Shown: positions 18,800-29,170, counted from the first letter of the whole stretch. The stretch is DNA of 62,432 nucleotides, filler included, from an uncultured bacterium (GCA_964471275.1; 14 parts of 14 records of this genome joined end to end with filler, not necessarily neighbours in it), one strand, 5' to 3'. Notes: generated by a model from the letters alone, not told the origin. Numbers and translations are program-made.

Positions 18800-21700
18800 G
18801 CAGTACTTGTGGCGACCCTAGCCTCGCCGTTATTCGCACAAGAGCAGGCATCCGTCGCGGTCTATCCGATTGGGACACTCTCCGGTGGCGATCGGTGGAT
18901 TGCGGTCGGTCTATCCCGTGATCTCATCGAAAAGCTGATTCGGACACCAGAACTGCGTCCGATCGACGGGGATCGCGTGGCTGCGAAATTAAATGCTATA
19001 CTGGACCGGAAGGCTAGGGGACCCGCGTGGTTACCTGCCTCCGCCCAGCGTAAGGTCGGGCAATGGCTAGGTGCAGACCTGATTATGACGGGCCTCGTCG
19101 GAACCAGCGGGAATCGAGCCGACGCAAGGCGATTCCTGGATGGGCTATCAATCGTACCCTCCGTAACACCCGATGGGTCCGAGGTCTGGGTCGCCGCCAA
19201 GCTTGTCGACATACATCATGGAATGGCTGTGTCCTGGGCCTTCGCCGAGGGAAGCAGAGACGGGTTCTTCGAGCTTCAGGACGCCCTTTATCTCCAGATC
19301 ATCTCTGACCTCGGGATCGACCCGGGTGGTATGGCAAATGGCACGATCGGTCGACCGACCGAATCGATGAGGGCCTATCAGCTGACGCTCGAAGCGGAGA
19401 GCATTCTCCTGGCGGCCCGGTCGGCCAAGAAGTCCGCCAGGCAGTGGCGACGTGCTGCCAAGAAGATCGAGCAGTCTCTGCGACTGGACCCCGCATACGC
19501 GAAGAGCTACGTAATTGGGGCGAAGGCAGCCGAGAGTCAGGGCGAACTAGATCAGGCGTTAGCCGGATACGGACAGGCATCCGCGCTCGATCCGAACTAC
19601 GTGGCACCACGGATGGCGATTGCCCACCTCGCAAATCGGGCAGGAGACAATGCATCCGAAATATCAGCGCTTCAGTCCGTGTTGGAAGCCGCAAGCTGGT
19701 ACGACGAGGCATATGACCGTATCGGCGTGGCATACGAGCGGACGGGTCAAACCCGTTTGGCCGCTGAGCATTATGACCGTGCCCTGCGACTTTTCTCCGA
19801 CCACCCGGACCGTCTGTATCGTGGCGGGTCCGTTCATCTGACTCTCGGTCAATTCGACCGAGCAATCTCGTATCTCGAACATGCAACGACCCGGATACCC
19901 GGTGAACGAGCCTATCACGCGCAGCTGATTCGGGCCTACACACGCGACGGACAGTACAAGCGTGCCCAGGAAGTCACCCAGACGGCTCTGCAGATCGGCG
20001 CCGAATCCACAGATCTTTGGTTAGCTGCGGGCGAGCTTGCCCTGCAGCAAGAAGACTACGCGGCAGCCGAAAAGGCGTTTGTTCGCGTGCTTGCCGAACA
20101 GCCGGGAAGAATGGAAGCAAGGCTGATGGTTGCGCGCCTCAGGTCGGTCCGGGGAGATTATCAGGCCGCCATCGCTGCATATACTACCGCCGTCGCAGAC
20201 GGATTGTCGATCGAAGATGTAGTCGAACCGCTTGCTGCGGCATACATCGCGTTGGGTCAGCGGGACCTGGCAGATAAGGTATATCGGGATGCCCTCGCCA
20301 AACGACCGGGCGAGGTCGACTGGCTCCTCGCACGTTCACACATCTTGATCGAAATCCTTCGCTACGGCGAAGCAATACCCTTACTCAAACGGGCGTTGGA
20401 AACTGAACCCAATCATCCGGATGCGATCGAATGGATTGCTTCCTCCTACGCCGCAATCGGCAATGCCGCCGAGTCGATAGAGAAGTATCGGCGCCTCTTG
20501 CGTATAGCACCGAGGCGGACACACGCGTATGTCCGCCTCGGTGACCTCAGTTACCGCGTCAGAGAGTTCGAAGCAGCACGGAATGCATACGGGATGGCCA
20601 TTGCTGGCGGTCTCGGAACGGCAGACGTCTATGCCGGTATGGGATTGTCGGAAGAGGAATTGGCTGGTTACCGGAACGCACGGACGGCCTACCGTAAGGC
20701 GCTGGAAAGAGATCGCAGCAACGAGATCGCCAAGGCGGGATTGCAACGAATGCGTCTGAAGATCAAACCTCCCCGGCGGGAGCCGACGGCCGCTGATTGG
20801 GCAGAAAGAGGCAGAAGACTGATCGAAGCAGGAGACATCGAGGCAGCCATCGACGCGCTCGAGCGTTCGATCAGAAAAGAGGCAGGAAATCCGACAGTTC
20901 TGAGCAACCTGGGAACAGCATATGCCCGTCTCAACAACGTGGAAGGAGCACGTTCGGCATTCGAGAGTGCGGAGCGACTGAACCCGACCTCAGAATCCGC
21001 CTACAATCTAGGGAGACTCAGCTTCCAGGAAGGAAAGGCCTCTGAAGCGATGCTGAACTATCAGATCGCCATCCAACGTGACGGGTCGTTTCTGACAGCC
21101 GCGATGAATCTGGCTTCACTGCAGGCGGCCGCAGATGACCCGCTCAGCGCGATCAAAACGCTGGAGAACACTCGGAGTCACCATACGCAGAACGGGGCAA
21201 TCGTCGTCAGCCTTGCCAATACGCACTACCAGGCGGGCGAATTAGCTCGTGCCTCCGAACTCTACAACGAAGCGAAATCGCTGTCTGGCACGCTCACCGA
21301 TGCAGAGATTGGCCTTGGAAACATTGCCCTGACTCAGGGAGATGCCACGGCCGCAACCGCCCACTATCGGAAGGCTATTGCCGCCGACCCGGAAGACCCG
21401 GATCCTCACGTAAACCTTGGGACGGTCCTGATTCAGCAGGAGCTCTACGGCGAAGCAGTCGCATCGCTCCAGAAGGCCCTTGAGCTGAACCCGGTCGATC
21501 TGGCCCTGCATCTGAACCTCTCCGTCCTCTACTACCACACGGAGCAGTATGCAGAAGCCCTCGAGTATTGCCATGCCATCCTGGAACAGGATGGATCGGT
21601 CATTCAGGCACAGCGGATGATCGGTGACATAGCGGCGACTACCGGAAAGCACGAATTGGCCGTCGACGCCTATCGCTCGGTCCTCCAGCTTCACAGTGAA

Positions 21701-21910
21701 GACCTGCTGTCGATCCTGGGTATCGCCGAAGCCTACAACGCTCTCGAGCGTCCTGACGATGCCCGTGAACACTGGCAGGCGTGGCTCGACATCGTGGGCG
21801 ACGATCCACAATACCAGGCACAGGCAGAGGCCATCGCCAGACGTCTTGAAGGTAACAGCGTCTCGGACTGGTTCTACGACCAACTCAAAGAACTGCGCTC
21901 CTACCTGTAG
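18800..21910 (+). CDS. Large tetratricopeptide-repeat protein with an N-terminal TolB-N/CsgG-like domain, 5' truncated
   Basis: Many TPR units (e.g. HVNLGTVL...AVASLQKALELNP); N-terminal GADLIMTG...AKLVDI...FFELQD segment; tail of a signal peptide. Confidence 0.85.
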   Translation, partial: AVLVATLASPLFAQEQASVAVYPIGTLSGGDRWIAVGLSRDLIEKLIRTPELRPIDGDRVAAKLNAILDRKARGPAWLPASAQRKVGQWLGADLIMTGLVGTSGNRADARRFLDGLSIVPSVTPDGSEVWVAAKLVDIHHGMAVSWAFAEGSRDGFFELQDALYLQIISDLGIDPGGMANGTIGRPTESMRAYQLTLEAESILLAARSAKKSARQWRRAAKKIEQSLRLDPAYAKSYVIGAKAAESQGELDQALAGYGQASALDPNYVAPRMAIAHLANRAGDNASEISALQSVLEAASWYDEAYDRIGVAYERTGQTRLAAEHYDRALRLFSDHPDRLYRGGSVHLTLGQFDRAISYLEHATTRIPGERAYHAQLIRAYTRDGQYKRAQEVTQTALQIGAESTDLWLAAGELALQQEDYAAAEKAFVRVLAEQPGRMEARLMVARLRSVRGDYQAAIAAYTTAVADGLSIEDVVEPLAAAYIALGQRDLADKVYRDALAKRPGEVDWLLARSHILIEILRYGEAIPLLKRALETEPNHPDAIEWIASSYAAIGNAAESIEKYRRLLRIAPRRTHAYVRLGDLSYRVREFEAARNAYGMAIAGGLGTADVYAGMGLSEEELAGYRNARTAYRKALERDRSNEIAKAGLQRMRLKIKPPRREPTAADWAERGRRLIEAGDIEAAIDALERSIRKEAGNPTVLSNLGTAYARLNNVEGARSAFESAERLNPTSESAYNLGRLSFQEGKASEAMLNYQIAIQRDGSFLTAAMNLASLQAAADDPLSAIKTLENTRSHHTQNGAIVVSLANTHYQAGELARASELYNEAKSLSGTLTDAEIGLGNIALTQGDATAATAHYRKAIAADPEDPDPHVNLGTVLIQQELYGEAVASLQKALELNPVDLALHLNLSVLYYHTEQYAEALEYCHAILEQDGSVIQAQRMIGDIAATTGKHELAVDAYRSVLQLHSEDLLSILGIAEAYNALERPDDAREHWQAWLDIVGDDPQYQAQAEAIARRLEGNSVSDWFYDQLKELRSYL

Positions 21911-22243
21911 TTCGGTGCCGGCCGGGGGCCCAGGCCGTTATGGACCCAGGCTTTGCCTTCCGTGTGAGCTCAGACTCGTGCGAGCTCATCTTCAGTCACT
22001 GTGTGATCAAGGAAAGCTCAACATCGACCAGACTCTCATAGACGTTCGCAGAGCCAATCCGGCAAGGCAGCATACAGATCGACATCTCCGTCGGAGATAC
22101 CTGTTGGACATTCACTTAGTCTCGCGATCGGCAGGGATGTAGCTCTTCGGTCGCGGCTCCTCATTTGCCGTGACAGAAAACGGGCAGAGCGACCTCGGCA
22201 TCGATAGGTCATTCTGCCCCTGTATCCGTGAACCGGGTGGCTA

Positions 22244-22990
22244 CTATATCTGGCAGGGCGGTTCGCCCATCGTCAACCGGATCATCTCGGTTGCGGCCTC
22301 CAGCTGTTCCTCGGAGCCAATAACACCCAGGTATGCCGCGCCCTCTGCGCCGTAGGTACCTCCCCCCGCAATCAAGCAGGCTTCCGCGCCCGTCACCAGC
22401 TTGATGGCATCGAGTTCAGTGACGATCTTGCCCGGCATCGGCATAAGGCGCGGACCCTTTGCGCTGGGTGCATTGCACCGTTCTGCAAGGACGTTCACGT
22501 CCTCGAATACGCGCTTTTCCAGACCCACAGGCACAATCAGTTGAACCCGTCGTCCGACCACGGCCGGAATCGTTGCGAGAATCGTCCCTCCGACAGAGGA
22601 CCCGATCTGTACCGCGCCCTGACCGCGACTGTCAAACGCATTGGCGCCCTTCAGAACAACATCGCCTGACTTTAGATCGTCCGTCACATCGACTATGGTC
22701 TTCCCCTTGTCTTGCCACTTGCCGTCGACAATGATCACATCTCCCGGAAAATCGACCTTGCTGACCTTGGACCGGGGAGCCACCGTTATGCCGCGACGAA
22801 AACCCTCTCGACGGAATCCCTCCGCCTGGTCAATCGACTTCAGAATCTCTTCGGCGACATAGCCATTCGTTGAACCTGCGATAATCACGAGTGTGCCGTT
22901 TTCAAGCACGCCCTTAATATCCGGATGGTGCGCCATTCCCATACCGATCAGTCGCTTACCCATGGATGTGGTTACGTTGAACTGCTTCAT
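22244..22990 (-). CDS. Conserved hypothetical protein (possible NagB/RpiA/CoA-transferase-like fold)
   Basis: 248 aa; IIAGSTNGYVAEE, LKGANA, GGTI and IVPVGLEK motifs; the fold is inferred. Confidence 0.6.
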   Translation of the reverse strand: MKQFNVTTSMGKRLIGMGMAHHPDIKGVLENGTLVIIAGSTNGYVAEEILKSIDQAEGFRREGFRRGITVAPRSKVSKVDFPGDVIIVDGKWQDKGKTIVDVTDDLKSGDVVLKGANAFDSRGQGAVQIGSSVGGTILATIPAVVGRRVQLIVPVGLEKRVFEDVNVLAERCNAPSAKGPRLMPMPGKIVTELDAIKLVTGAEACLIAGGGTYGAEGAAYLGVIGSEEQLEAATEMIRLTMGEPPCQI

Positions 22991-23138
22991 TCGATTCTTT
23001 CTGTTATGAGTCCCGGTGGCCGAAATCGTGGTCCATTGCAGAAACCAGTCACTGGTGCCTTCTTGGCATGAGTGATCGCTGCCTTCTGCTACCGCCGGAC
23101 AATATATATACAGACCTGACCAGGGAGGATTACGAAGT

Positions 23139-23210
23139 ATGGCAACCTACACCGAGGAGGATTACGAGAAGAATGCCATCTCAAATCCTGAGCATCTGAA
23201 TGCCGCCTCA
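23139..23210 (+). CDS. 5' fragment of an unidentified gene
   Basis: GGAGG RBS then MATYTEEDYEKNAISNPEHLNAAS running into the contig end. Confidence 0.45.
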
Positions 23211-23345
23211 NNNNNNNNNNNNNNNNNNNNNNNNNNNNNNNNNNNNNNNNNNNNTTAATTAATTAANNNNNNNNNNNNNNNNNNNNNNNNNNNNNNNNNN
23301 NNNNNNNNNNTTGCAATTGATCAACAATGATGGCACGGCAGCCGT

Positions 23346-23452
23346 TGACCGATGATCTGTTCTGCTGTGTAACGCTTCCTTGCCATGACAACCCCATTCT
23401 ATGTCCCATATCCTAACTTTAGAACTGGTAACATTCTAGGGGGGGCAGGTCA
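23346..23452 (-). mobile_element. IS407-group-like left-end fragment
   Basis: Same IRL as 4763-4945; MARKRYTAEQIIG start. Confidence 0.85.
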
Positions 23453-23692
23453 GGACGAAAAGGAGACTGCTTCGACAACGCTGTAGCAGAATCCTTCTTC
23501 TCAACCATAAAAAAAGAACGCCTAAACCGAGAAATATACGCCACGTCACAACAGGCAAAACGGAGGATCGAGCACTACATCAAGTTCTACAACCAACGTC
23601 GTAGACACTCTACTCTGGGCCAAACGAGTCCGGATCACTTTGAACAGAAACATCTCATTTAACCTCGTGTCCTCTTTTTCGAGGGAACTACA
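23453..23692 (+). mobile_element. IS3-family transposase OrfB C-terminus and right end
   Basis: GRKGDCFDNAVAESFFSTIKKE...FYNQRRRHSTLGQTSP (stop 23660-23662); right end GTGTCCTCTTTTTCGAGGGAACTACA with terminal CA. Confidence 0.88.
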
Positions 23693-23719
23693 AGCTCCAC
23701 TCACCTAAGTTCGATCTCC

Positions 23720-25198
23720 CTATCTCTCTTTGACCACCACCTTCAGCCTACCGGCCTGCCCGGCGGAAGGCCGCTTCCCGCTCGCCGTCTCCAGTCCCTT
23801 CACGATCACCCGCTCACACGGTGCATAGGGGAAGGGACGCTCGTCCGGCAGTCCCTCCTCTCCCTCGTCCGGGTCTGTGAAGAAACACATCCCATCGTAG
23901 TCGTCGGGTGTGTTGGAGTCGTCCACGTACAGGGTGTCGATCTCGACTTCCTCCGGCATGAAGCAGGGATAACCGAAATCGTGCATGCCGTCGTTCCGAC
24001 CCCCGATCAGGTGCGGCCAAGTCTTGTCTCCGCAGCTCGGGATCCATCGACAGTTCAGGACCACGATCTTACCTTCCCAGGTGCTCCCGTAGTCGTGGCG
24101 CAAATTGACCAGGGCCGGTCCGTTAAGCGTCGAATCTTCCAGTGTGATCACGCCGCGTCCGATCGCATTCAGCCCCATATGTCCCAGCTGACACCGGCGG
24201 ATCGTATACGTTCCCGATACGCCCATATGCGTGTCCATTCGGGACATCTCGCAGTCCTCGAGCAGGATGTTCTTGCAGAAACTGGACTCGATCACACCCC
24301 AGCGCGTCTTGTCCGTGATCAGATTCTGGCGACACCCGATCATATTGAAGCCGACGATGTTTCGTGCATTGTAATCGTAGGTCCCCATCCTCACCGGTTT
24401 ACCTGCCGCGCCTATGCCTTCATAGATCCGATGCCCGGTTGCGAAGCAGTTCCTGAGCGTGATGTTGGCGCATTGACGTGAAGTGATGAACCCGGTGTAT
24501 GGGCATCCGACTTCCGTCTCGCCGACCACGTAGTGCACCAGTCCCACGACCTCGGTATTCGATCGTTCGAGGATGATGTTTCGGCACCAGTAGTTGTAAC
24601 CGACCGGATGGTGCTGACGGTTGGCGAACGTGTTGAACACACCTCCGCGGATAAACAGCGTCTCGTCGTCCATAGGACGTGCGTCGATCCCGGTTATCAC
24701 GTCATACTCCCAATCAATGTCCGCTTCGATCGATCCATCCCGACGCAGGATAAAACAGTCGTGCTGGGGGACACCTTCGTTCTGGTTGAGACCTCGGCGA
24801 ACGTAGAGTCGCTTGGTATTTTTCTCAACCATCACGTAGCAGTCCCGTTCCGGCCGTACGTCGACCTTTCTCTGGTCCCGCGTCAGTGTCTTGATGTCGA
24901 GTTCGACAGGCTCGAGCGAGGACCGGACCTCGAAAAGTGGCGTCCTGTGATCCTCGACGCCCTGTGAATCGTCGACTATGAATCGGGAGGTATTCCAATC
25001 CGTATTCGTAGTGATGACGGCGGTCTGTGCCGTCGTGCCCAGATTGTAGGTCGCATCCGGTCGAGTGCGCACATCGAGGCCGCGTTCACTGGCGTGGGCG
25101 TGTGCTTCACAGATGGCCTTCATGTCGTCCGCTTCGCCATCCCCTTTTGCGCCGAATGATTCGTAATCGACCGTGCCGCACTTTAGATCCATTGCCAC
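23720..25198 (-). CDS. Pectin-lyase-fold (right-handed beta-helix) protein
   Basis: YESFGAKGDGEADD..AI motif; repeated NITLRNC/NILLEDC beta-helix turns; no signal peptide. Confidence 0.7.
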   Translation of the reverse strand: MAMDLKCGTVDYESFGAKGDGEADDMKAICEAHAHASERGLDVRTRPDATYNLGTTAQTAVITTNTDWNTSRFIVDDSQGVEDHRTPLFEVRSSLEPVELDIKTLTRDQRKVDVRPERDCYVMVEKNTKRLYVRRGLNQNEGVPQHDCFILRRDGSIEADIDWEYDVITGIDARPMDDETLFIRGGVFNTFANRQHHPVGYNYWCRNIILERSNTEVVGLVHYVVGETEVGCPYTGFITSRQCANITLRNCFATGHRIYEGIGAAGKPVRMGTYDYNARNIVGFNMIGCRQNLITDKTRWGVIESSFCKNILLEDCEMSRMDTHMGVSGTYTIRRCQLGHMGLNAIGRGVITLEDSTLNGPALVNLRHDYGSTWEGKIVVLNCRWIPSCGDKTWPHLIGGRNDGMHDFGYPCFMPEEVEIDTLYVDDSNTPDDYDGMCFFTDPDEGEEGLPDERPFPYAPCERVIVKGLETASGKRPSAGQAGRLKVVVKER

Positions 25199-25610
25199 TC
25201 CTCACTCTCGTATGATAGTTGATGACACGAAGAACCGTACTGCGAGAACGAGCCGAAGTCCAAGGAAAAGAGGAAAGACCCGTTACGGTCGGATTGAGCC
25301 TTTGCGTCACCGGGCGATGTGTCTTCTCTGTGAAAGAGGGCATGAGAGGAGCCTGAGAAAGAGTGCCTGGCTGTGTGATCAAAGGATGCCCAGGGATGGG
25401 CCGTCAATTTGGCACCGGCGTGTCACTTAGCGGTCCGCGTACTTACGAAGTTGCCGTTGGGTCGAGGTCGTTAGGCCCGAACCGCTAAGTGCTGCTGTTA
25501 AGTGTTGTGCCCGTGCCAGTGTGTTTGCCAGGGAAGGCAAACACACTTCCTTCGAACTCCGACGTGATAAGTAACTCTCCCTCACCACGCATAGCGTCCT
25601 ACTCGGCCTT

Positions 25611-27593
25611 TTACCGCGTCACACGTAGCGTCCACGATCCCGATGCATCCGGGTCCCGAATCGCAAAGACGACCCGATTGAGCCGTGTACCCCACATCGC
25701 CTGCATCAACTCGTTCTCCAGTGCGATTTCCTCGACAGAGGCCGTCATCAGGTCCGAGTCGTAGAGAACAGCGCCTTCCCCGGATCGTCGACCATTGGAT
25801 AGTTCGCTTTCGGTGAGCACGATACGTCCGTCTTCGAGGGAGGCGAGACAGGGTGTCACCAGACCGAGTGTTATCTCTCCGGCCTTTCTCGAAAGCACGT
25901 AACTGTCGTGAATCCTCACCCCTTTCCCGCGATCGAGCGTCACTTCTCGTATCCAGGACACTATCCCGGCCACATCCGGATAGGCATTCGCGATATCCGC
26001 TGAGAACGTGGTGTGTGCATCATCCTGCTTGTGTACAACCCCTCTAGCGGCGTGCGCCAGGCCTTCAGACTGCATCACACCATCGATCGTCGGCAGACTG
26101 TGATAGGCTGACTGCATCGTCCAGATGTCATACCGGTTCGGACTGAATGTATTGATCGTATATGTCTCAACCCCTGGGTCGACGATCACGGGCTTCCCGT
26201 CGACATACACGATACAATGTCCGACATCGTTGTGGTTGTGACTCTCGGCGTTGTGTCCGCCCTTGGCAGCGATGTAGAACCCGTTGGCCGTTCCGGCCTT
26301 ATCACGGGCTGTTACCACCTGGATGTCGGGCAGCCACACATCTCGCGGAAGAGGCTGCGCGGATTCCGCTTCGAGGAGTTCGCCAATTGAGAGCAGCGCG
26401 GGAATCTGTCGAGCGATATGGTTGGCGGGGTGATAGAGCCTTTCCTGTACACCGTGTGTCGCAACCTTCTCACGACCTGCGAAGTATGCCCCCATTCGCA
26501 TCATGTCCGGATCCTGGATGCGTTTTCCGTAGAGATACACCAGGAACGGTGGGGGGCTCACCAGCGCGTCGGCATCGGCGAAATTCACGAAGTATCGATC
26601 GTCGATCTGCACTTGCGTGATGTATTTGCCGATGTTCCGGATCAGAGGGTCATCATACACGTCGATCTCACCGTTCGTGACACTGTGCAGTGTCTCGAGA
26701 CACTCGAAAAGGCGAGCGCCTGCCACGCTCCAGTATCCCGGACCTTCATCACAGCCGCCATCCCGGGGATAAGGGTCGATGAATCGGTCCAGGCTGCGGA
26801 TGCTTTTGTGTACCGCAGCGAGACGACGCTCCGGATCCGCTTCCATCAGCAGAGCAGCGGTCAGCCAGCACGAGTTTATCAACGTGTTCCAATTGTTGAC
26901 GCGCGGGGGACTCCCAGCATCTCGAGAACAGAAACCCATCCACCAGAAGTCATCCCGTTCAAGACACGGGGCCAGCATCCGTCGCTGCATCTCCCGTTCG
27001 ACGCGAGGCTGAATCAGCTTCGAGTAGGCTTCGATCTGAGGCCCGAGGAGATACGACGTCCACGCAATCAGGCTCGCGGCTTCCGCGACGAACAGGGCGA
27101 CGATCGGTTCAGATGTGTCCGGCAGGTCGTATCCCGCCTTCTGGATCGAAAGCGTGAACGGTTTGCCCCAGAACGATTCCTCGCACAGCGCCCAGACGCC
27201 GTCGACGATATCGTCCATGAACCGGCCCTGACCTTCGACACACTCCGCGACGACGAGATCGCACAATGCGGTCCGATGCCGCGCCCTGTGCTTGTCGTAG
27301 AGCGCGCGATCTCCCGTCCTGGCCATCTCCAGGAACATAGTGGCCCGAAAAGGTTCTAAGCGGAAGCTGAGGCAGGCCTCTCCCTTTGCGATGTGCACCT
27401 GACGAACGCTCTCGGGAATGGCCTCCCAGTCGGCTCGCTCGTCTCTCGTCGGATACGGGTGCCAGGCTTCTCTTGACACCAGGATCGCTCGCAGTCGCTC
27501 GATTGGATACGCTTCGCTGAGCATTCTGTCCTCATCTAGTCCGACTCTCACATCATTAGGCTCTTCAATCGTGAGCGTCGCAGTATGTCGCAA
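25611..27593 (-). CDS. Heparinase II/III-family polysaccharide lyase
   Basis: NNW, DGGCDEGPGYW, VNFAD, KGGHNAESHNHNDVG, DPGV..Y, SAYHS motifs. Confidence 0.85.
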   Translation of the reverse strand: MRHTATLTIEEPNDVRVGLDEDRMLSEAYPIERLRAILVSREAWHPYPTRDERADWEAIPESVRQVHIAKGEACLSFRLEPFRATMFLEMARTGDRALYDKHRARHRTALCDLVVAECVEGQGRFMDDIVDGVWALCEESFWGKPFTLSIQKAGYDLPDTSEPIVALFVAEAASLIAWTSYLLGPQIEAYSKLIQPRVEREMQRRMLAPCLERDDFWWMGFCSRDAGSPPRVNNWNTLINSCWLTAALLMEADPERRLAAVHKSIRSLDRFIDPYPRDGGCDEGPGYWSVAGARLFECLETLHSVTNGEIDVYDDPLIRNIGKYITQVQIDDRYFVNFADADALVSPPPFLVYLYGKRIQDPDMMRMGAYFAGREKVATHGVQERLYHPANHIARQIPALLSIGELLEAESAQPLPRDVWLPDIQVVTARDKAGTANGFYIAAKGGHNAESHNHNDVGHCIVYVDGKPVIVDPGVETYTINTFSPNRYDIWTMQSAYHSLPTIDGVMQSEGLAHAARGVVHKQDDAHTTFSADIANAYPDVAGIVSWIREVTLDRGKGVRIHDSYVLSRKAGEITLGLVTPCLASLEDGRIVLTESELSNGRRSGEGAVLYDSDLMTASVEEIALENELMQAMWGTRLNRVVFAIRDPDASGSWTLRVTR

Positions 27594-27763
27594 ACCCGTA
27601 ATCGTGCCACAGAAAGGCAGAGCCCGGCCATTTCTACCTATCCGCTCTTGTCCTTTGCTTGATNNNNNNNNNNNNNNNNNNNNNNNNNNNNNNNNNNNNN
27701 NNNNNNNTTAATTAATTAANNNNNNNNNNNNNNNNNNNNNNNNNNNNNNNNNNNNNNNNNNNN

Positions 27764-28482
27764 CCTAGGCCCAGACGTGATTGCGATGCTCAGGCCGGAG
27801 TCTGATGCAAGAGCCGTCTTTGTGAACCATAGCCTGCTGCGTTTGGGCTGTCTGGCCAGCACCTTTAGCCCTTCCTGACGCCAGATTCGCTCCACACGCT
27901 TGTGGTTCACACCCCAGCCGTCGGCTCTAAGCATAGCCGTGATTCTATGATAACCATATCGTCCGTAGTGGCTGGCTAGAGAAACGATGTTAGTGGTCAG
28001 GAGAATCTCGTCGTCCGCCACTTTGATCGTGTATCGCTGGATGCGGCGCATCTGACCCAGCACACGACACGCCCGACGCTCCGAGACGGCCAGTGTCTCA
28101 CGCACGTGCACGATCGCCTCCCGCCGACGCGCCGGGCTTAGAAGTTTCCCGCGGAAACCTCCTTGAGAATCGATATGTCCAGGGCCTGGTCAGCAACAAG
28201 ACGCTTCAGCCGTCTGTTCTCTTGCTCCAACTCCTTGAGCCGACGCGCTTGGCTGACCTCCATACCGCCGTATTCCTTGTGCGACCGGTAGTAGGTCTGT
28301 TCGCTGATGCCCAACTCACGAACAATCTCGGCGATCGTCTTGCCCTCAGAGGTCCGGATCTCAGCTTGACGAAGGTCTCCGATGATCTGCTTTACTTTAT
28401 AACGCTTCCTTGGCCACGCGGCCCCCTTTCTATGTCCCATATCCTAATTTTAGAACTGGTAACATTCTAGGGGGGCTGGTTA
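27764..28482 (-). mobile_element. Degenerate IS3 family (IS407-group-like) element: left end, orfA (to 28138) and frameshifted orfB, truncated by the contig end
   Basis: orfA GISEQTYYR..KEYGGM..SQARRLKELEQENRRLKRLVAD; GGGAAAC frameshift site; orfB SERRACRVLG...RYGY...NHKRVERIWRQEGL; mutated tip (TAACCAG). Confidence 0.92.
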
Positions 28483-28522
28483 TCCTAACTCTGGGTGTGG
28501 ACACATACATGGGTGCAGGTCA
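28483..28522 (+). mobile_element. 40-bp right end of the same IS407-like family abutting the left end
   Basis: TCCTAACTCTGGGTGTGGACACATACATGGGTGCAGGTCA, near-identical (inverted) to the left part of the MITE at 31437. Confidence 0.75.
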
Positions 28523-28614
28523 AGTGCGTAGGCTTTTTCCATTTGGGTTCGAATTCCCCCTTCACGCTCCGCGTTATGGCGGGACAGGCCGGTTTCGTCC
28601 ACCATATTTATGAG

Positions 28615-28650
28615 AGGCTCTCGTACTTCGGTGCGGGAGCCTTTTCTGTT
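28615..28650 (+). terminator. Rho-independent terminator
   Basis: AGGCTCTCGTAC-TTCG-GTGCGGGAGCCT followed by TTTCTGTT. Confidence 0.75.
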
Positions 28651-28797
28651 GTGTTTGTATCCTGCCCTTACGCCGCTAACTTCGTGTGGAGAAGGTACAG
28701 GCAGCCGGTCGTCGTCCTCGATTCCGTCATTGCTCTCCGCCAGCTTGCGCGTATGTTGCGTGGACCGTTTTCCCGTGTACACCCAACCCAGGGACCT

Positions 28798-29169
28798 ATG
28801 AGTAAGAGCGATACCTGTACCGGAAAGAAGACCGGAAAGCCCCTGACGGAATATGTCAGCCTTGAGGACGCCGAGGCAGGTGCTGAGCACGCCAATGCGA
28901 CCTACAAGCGCAATCTTGTGCCCTATCACTGTGAGGTGTGTGGGAAGTGGCACCTGTCGCCGAAGGAAAGACAGACGCCGAGCACAAAGTGTCCGTTCTG
29001 CAAGGGAGCGAACGGGCAAGCGAAAGACGCTTATCGCAGTCAGAAAGAAGCTCGAAGACGCGCGGACATCCTGAAGAAGGAGCAGGGCGTGGCGCTCAAA
29101 GTGTATGCCTGCGAACACAGCGACACTTGGCATTTAACTCGCGATCAACGCCCCGACGGGCTGACGTGA
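28798..29169 (+). CDS. Small hypothetical protein with two tandem zinc-finger-like repeats
   Basis: 123 aa from ATG 28798; repeats C..K..Y.S...A...Y.CxxC..WHL and CxxC..K.AY.S..EA...Y.CxH...WHLT. Confidence 0.7.
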   Translation: MSKSDTCTGKKTGKPLTEYVSLEDAEAGAEHANATYKRNLVPYHCEVCGKWHLSPKERQTPSTKCPFCKGANGQAKDAYRSQKEARRRADILKKEQGVALKVYACEHSDTWHLTRDQRPDGLT

Positions 29170-29170
29170 G

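Noticed and set aside
28545..28604. Complete tRNA gene
   Set aside because: Only a T-arm-like motif and a CCA end are present; no D-arm or anticodon arm, and no acceptor-stem pairing.
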